A DNA stretch of 64,000 bases from Isurus oxyrinchus (taxonomy: Eukaryota), in NCBI GenBank assembly GCA_026770705.1, contig JANJGN010000018.1, positions 26,970,001 to 27,034,000 on the forward strand. The letters are read 5' to 3'. The translations under genes and the position numbers were made by a program. The notes under the pieces are model-generated. The model was not told the DNA's origin. It was given only the letters and a program-made list of their open reading frames with translations, and did no database searches. Positions 63,499 to 64,000 of the stretch are shown piece by piece. Position 1 is the first letter of the stretch. Every line of letters begins with the position of its first letter.

Positions 63499-63558
63499 AA
63501 GATAAGCCTACTTTGCAACACCCCACAATAATATGAAAAATATGGTAGTTTTGTGACA
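62590..63558. mobile_element. Solo-LTR-like dispersed repeat with (CA)n at about 63439-63492
   Basis: Similar to 17445-18325; TG...TGACA ends; no clear TSD. Confidence 0.55.
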
Positions 63559-63948
63559 CAGTAGACACAACTTGCATGGAATTTAGTAAAGGGAAGTATC
63601 TGAATGTTAATGGTATATCAATTGTGTGTAATTATATAGAGTTGGGAGGCATTAATTGGGGTTTCACTTGAGCACATATAAGCAGATGTTTACTGAAACT
63701 GGTGTGGTTGGGTTAGAAGGCATAATCTTGTAATGTTTCACTCTGTAAATAAATGTAAGAATGACTTAAGACTGGCTCCAGTATCATCCTTTACCAACTG
63801 GCTTTCCAGATTCAAACAGTAGATTGTGGTTCACTGTCCTGGTTTAGCTAGTTAAGGCTGAGTAATGCTCTAACTGGTCTAATTCTAGTGCTTCCCATTT
63901 AGCCTGTCTTGCTAACTCTCTTGTTCTCTTTTCTTGAAACAAAACCAG

Positions 63949-64000
63949 GTGCTCGTGTTTTACCACCACCCCTTGGCCCACGACTTTCCCTTCCTCTGGC
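63949..64000 (+). CDS. PLCXD2: PI-PLC X domain-containing protein 2-like, exon 3 (partial, VLVFYHHPLAHDFPFLW)
   Basis: Branch-like GCTAAC (63911), pyrimidine tract, ccag|GTG, phase 0; matches PLCXD VLxFYH.P....PFLWP. Confidence 0.92.
   Translation, partial: MLVFYHHPLAHDFPFLW

Overview
Repeat-rich vertebrate genomic DNA, most likely from a cartilaginous fish (inferred from the CR1/L2/Penelope/tRNA-SINE repeat landscape). It holds two divergently oriented spliced genes that the ORF track mostly misses. One is a complete 8-exon APOO/MIC26-family (MICOS) gene on the minus strand (about 34.3 kb to 4.65 kb, about 202 aa). The other is the first three exons of a PLCXD2-like PI-PLC X-domain gene on the plus strand (37.9 kb to the window end). 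The introns contain a processed peroxiredoxin pseudogene, a decayed two-gene Harbinger transposon, Penelope-like elements with minimal hammerhead-ribozyme motifs and 13-15 bp target-site duplications (TSDs), solo LTRs, LINE/SINE fragments and several minisatellites. The most striking observation is a ~5.1 kb, 37-bp minisatellite in APOO intron 1 that is a tandem amplification of the gene's own inferred start-codon/5' splice junction (ATG|GTGAGA). All calls were made by eye, with no database searches.
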